Part shown: positions 42,955 to 43,827 of the stretch, in pieces | Layout: the number at the start of each line of letters is the position of its first letter | How positions within the stretch are numbered: the stretch's first letter is position 1 | Virus record (IMG/VR): IMGVR_UViG_3300036803_000021 | Location: 1 to 43,827 of that record | Source of the DNA: a virus | Lineage: Duplodnaviria > Caudoviricetes | Length of the DNA: 43,827 bases | Direction: 5' to 3' (one strand) | Translations under genes and position numbers: made by a program | The notes under the pieces: generated by a model | Seen by the model: only the letters and a program-made list of their open reading frames with translations | The model's database searches: none | What the model was told of the DNA's origin: nothing

Positions 42955-43827
42955 TCGAGCCCGCTTTCAGCGCTCCAGAAACGTCTCTGCCGGAGCGTCG
43001 CTGTTGATCCCTTCGGGCCCCTGCAGGTCACCGGAGCAACCACCGGAGACGACACGGAGGCAGTGTACGGCGGGATGCCGTAGCGGGGTTCGACCCCGTT
43101 GAACAGCCCTGCCGCGTTGGAGAGGTCCGCGTTCACATAGGTGTCCTGCAGGGGGTCTGACATCACGGAGAGCAGCTGCGTCAACGGTGGGCTGACGATC
43201 ATCCGGGCGGCGTCGGCCCCGGTCGGGCGGTTGAATCGGAGTTCTTGCCCCCAGGAGTAGTCCGGCCACGACCACTGCTGCGCCGGGTCGAAGACCCACT
43301 CAAGCCACTCGGTCTGATCAGTGGGGTTCCACAGGTTGAAATAGCCAGTACTCAGGGCGTAGTCGATGTTCACGGCGGCGCCGGGGCCGGTCAGGTTGGC
43401 CGCTGAACTGGTGAGGACACCACCGATGCTGGAGTTGAACACGACGAGGAACGCGGCGGGGGTTCCGGTGACGGTGACATTGCCCGGCCCGACTGAGGGG
43501 AGGGCCTGCAGGGCAGACTGCACGGTGGCCGCGACAGCGTCGAACGGGATGCCGGATGTGAGGGTGATCGAGTGCCCGGAGCCGGTCAGGCTGGTCGACG
43601 AACTGGTCAGTGTGCCAGCCAGTTTGAAGATGGCCATCCAGTTGCTGGCTGACCCGGTGACGGTGACTTTGCCTGCGCCGACTGAGGATAACCCTTCGAG
43701 GGCTGCCTGCACGGTCGCGATAGGGGCATTCCAGGCGAGCGGCGTAGCGGTGGTTTGCCCCCCGAACGTTAGGGGGTAGGTCCCGCCCGTGGCGCTGATC
43801 GCAGCGCTGAAAACTGTTGTGGTGCTG
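42951..43827 (-). CDS. Distal tail protein (Dit), 3' part (continues from 667..1 across the junction)
   Basis: WNPTDQ..W.EW...W..PDYSW...GVEPRYGIPPYT...RRFWSAESGLE, typical of mycobacteriophage Dit C-termini. Confidence 0.85.
   Translation of the reverse strand, partial: STTTVFSAAISATGGTYPLTFGGQTTATPLAWNAPIATVQAALEGLSSVGAGKVTVTGSASNWMAIFKLAGTLTSSSTSLTGSGHSITLTSGIPFDAVAATVQSALQALPSVGPGNVTVTGTPAAFLVVFNSSIGGVLTSSAANLTGPGAAVNIDYALSTGYFNLWNPTDQTEWLEWVFDPAQQWSWPDYSWGQELRFNRPTGADAARMIVSPPLTQLLSVMSDPLQDTYVNADLSNAAGLFNGVEPRYGIPPYTASVSSPVVAPVTCRGPKGSTATLRQRRFWSAESGLE
43702..43827. repeat. Terminal direct repeat, copy 2
   Basis: Identical to 6-131. Confidence 0.95.

Noticed and set aside
1-43827. tRNA, rRNA, integrase/attP, transposase, intron or intein
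   Set aside because: None recognisable by eye. TerL, portal and capsid are of normal length with no intein motifs. A tRNAscan/Infernal run would be needed to exclude small RNAs.

Overview
The window appears to be an essentially complete, circularly permuted ~43.7-kb genome of a high-GC siphovirus. Lysin B and a CDGP-type secreted protein point to a mycolic-acid-containing host, most likely Mycobacterium. Bases 6-131 are repeated exactly at 43702-43827, and joining the ends restores one continuous distal-tail gene. Almost every gene is on the minus strand. The order is: ParB-N protein, GREB1/TAGT-like glycosyltransferase, small and large terminase, portal, protease, HK97 capsid, connectors, major tail protein, frameshifting chaperones, tape measure, minor tails (one with a glycoside hydrolase + FnIII), lysis cassette, HTH, RecE/Bet, replication initiator, RusA, a small promoter-driven DUF932 cassette, HNH and a helical-hairpin protein. 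I found no integrase, immunity repressor, polymerase, tRNA or CRISPR array. The most interesting points are: (i) a packaging-linked ParB + glycosyltransferase module with no base-hydroxylating partner; (ii) a candidate Acb2/Tad1-like signal sponge at the genome end; (iii) a 10-bp motif placed 15-16 nt upstream of four start codons; (iv) duplicated promoters with a palindromic spacer driving the DUF932 cassette; (v) a GH-A hydrolase tail protein on a repeat stalk; (vi) a nested domain insertion in Dit. Family calls come from motif recognition by eye and gene order, not from database searches.
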